Made by a program: the position numbers and the translations under genes | Notes under the pieces: generated by a model | What the model saw: the letters and a program-made list of their open reading frames with translations, nothing else | Database searches by the model: none | What the model was told of the DNA's origin: nothing | Shown here: positions 63,109 to 64,000 of the stretch, one piece after another | Numbering within the stretch: position 1 is the stretch's first letter | Layout of the letters: each line of letters opens with the position of its first letter | From: Ptychomitrium polyphyllum | Lineage: Eukaryota | NCBI GenBank assembly: GCA_973851085.1 | Contig: OZ316775.1 | Span: 6,820,001-6,884,000, forward strand | DNA: 64,000 nucleotides | Reading direction: 5' to 3'

Positions 63109-64000
63109 TGTCGCGCACCTCGCCCTGAGGAGTGCCCGCAACACTAAGGGCACAAGGGGGACCCCGAAGTGACGCCCGGGACTTGTGGCGCCGATAGTGA
63201 GGAGAACCGAGTGGGCCTAACATGGGAAGGACCCCTAGGGGGAGAAACATCCTTGCCCATGTAGATCGAGGGCCACGAGGGATAAATCGTGGGCATTAAA
63301 GGAATCATGAAGAGCTCATTCTAGAATGTTAAGGATTGCCCAAATCGGACATGGGAGCTAAAAGTTATGGCACCCCAAAGTTGGGGTTGCCAAGGGGCTG
63401 TTTTGGAGTGTGGCAGCCCTACACAGTGACTGTGCTGGAGTGGGATAGTCCAGGGAGGGACTCCTCGGGAGTCCCGAACCTTGGGAGAGGCGTATCTCTC
63501 ACAATACTAACTCAAATCGGACGTTTGAGGAGTCTATCGGCATCTACGCAAAGAGTAGATGACGATAGAGTGGTCGCCTGATACATTCGGGCACCAAATA
63601 AGGAAGATATGGCGCCCTGAAGGTCCGCTGGGAGTCCCGGAGGCTTCCAGCGGCTAAGTCCCAAGGGAGATCGGGTGGTCTTCCAAAACTCTAGGTGTGT
63701 CGGGGTTCAGCTAGCTCCAGAGGGCCAGGGGGCCTGCCAAATCCCACAGAGAGTACTATAAGGGAGGGCTGGTCCCCCTCCCCACTCCTCTAGTGTCCCG
63801 GTAGGGACCAAGGGTGAGTCCCGGTTGGTGGAGATAGTGTTGGAGCTTCACTGCGGGGACTCCCACACCATTGTCAGCCGGTGGACGGCCGGTTTCACAA
63901 AGGAAACTAGCACGTTCAAAAGGGTACGCTTGTTACCACTAAATTGGGGTGGTGTCTTCACGCCGGCACCATGATGGCCGGGGATGATCTTACGATCACT
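63109..64000 (+). mobile_element. Young TGTCGC-type LTR, continues beyond the window
   Basis: Starts TGTCGCGCACCTCGCCCTGAGG. Reverse complement of about 20232-21122 with scattered substitutions and a 1-bp indel. TATAA at 63757. Confidence 0.92.

Overview
Eukaryotic land-plant genomic DNA, most likely a moss (inferred from gene structure, the retroelements present and AT-rich intergenic DNA; species not established). It contains an intact 13-exon SERK/BAK1-family LRR receptor kinase (8493-15356, +). The dominant structure is a gene palindrome of about 29 kb. Two inverted arms of about 10.1 kb (28425-38524 and 47046-57115) look identical apart from one 30-bp polyQ indel and two substitutions at the inner edge. 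This comes from mirrored ORF translations and spot checks, not a full alignment. The arms hold almost all of two Pumilio (APUM1-6-type) genes (28334-33745 +, 51825-57206 -) and MBF1 exons 2-4. Only the left MBF1 (37441-38760 -) keeps exon 1 and its upstream region. Outside the arms, the first 31 Pumilio codons and the leaders and promoters remain homologous but are clearly diverged (20/91 nt in the coding part). This points to an old inverted duplication homogenised recently by gene conversion. The 8.5-kb spacer holds the MBF1 5' region and a degenerate chromodomain Ty3/gypsy element. There is also a solo LTR (19979-21122), a nested LTR cluster at 60709-64000, a MITE-like inverted repeat in a SERK intron and simple repeats.
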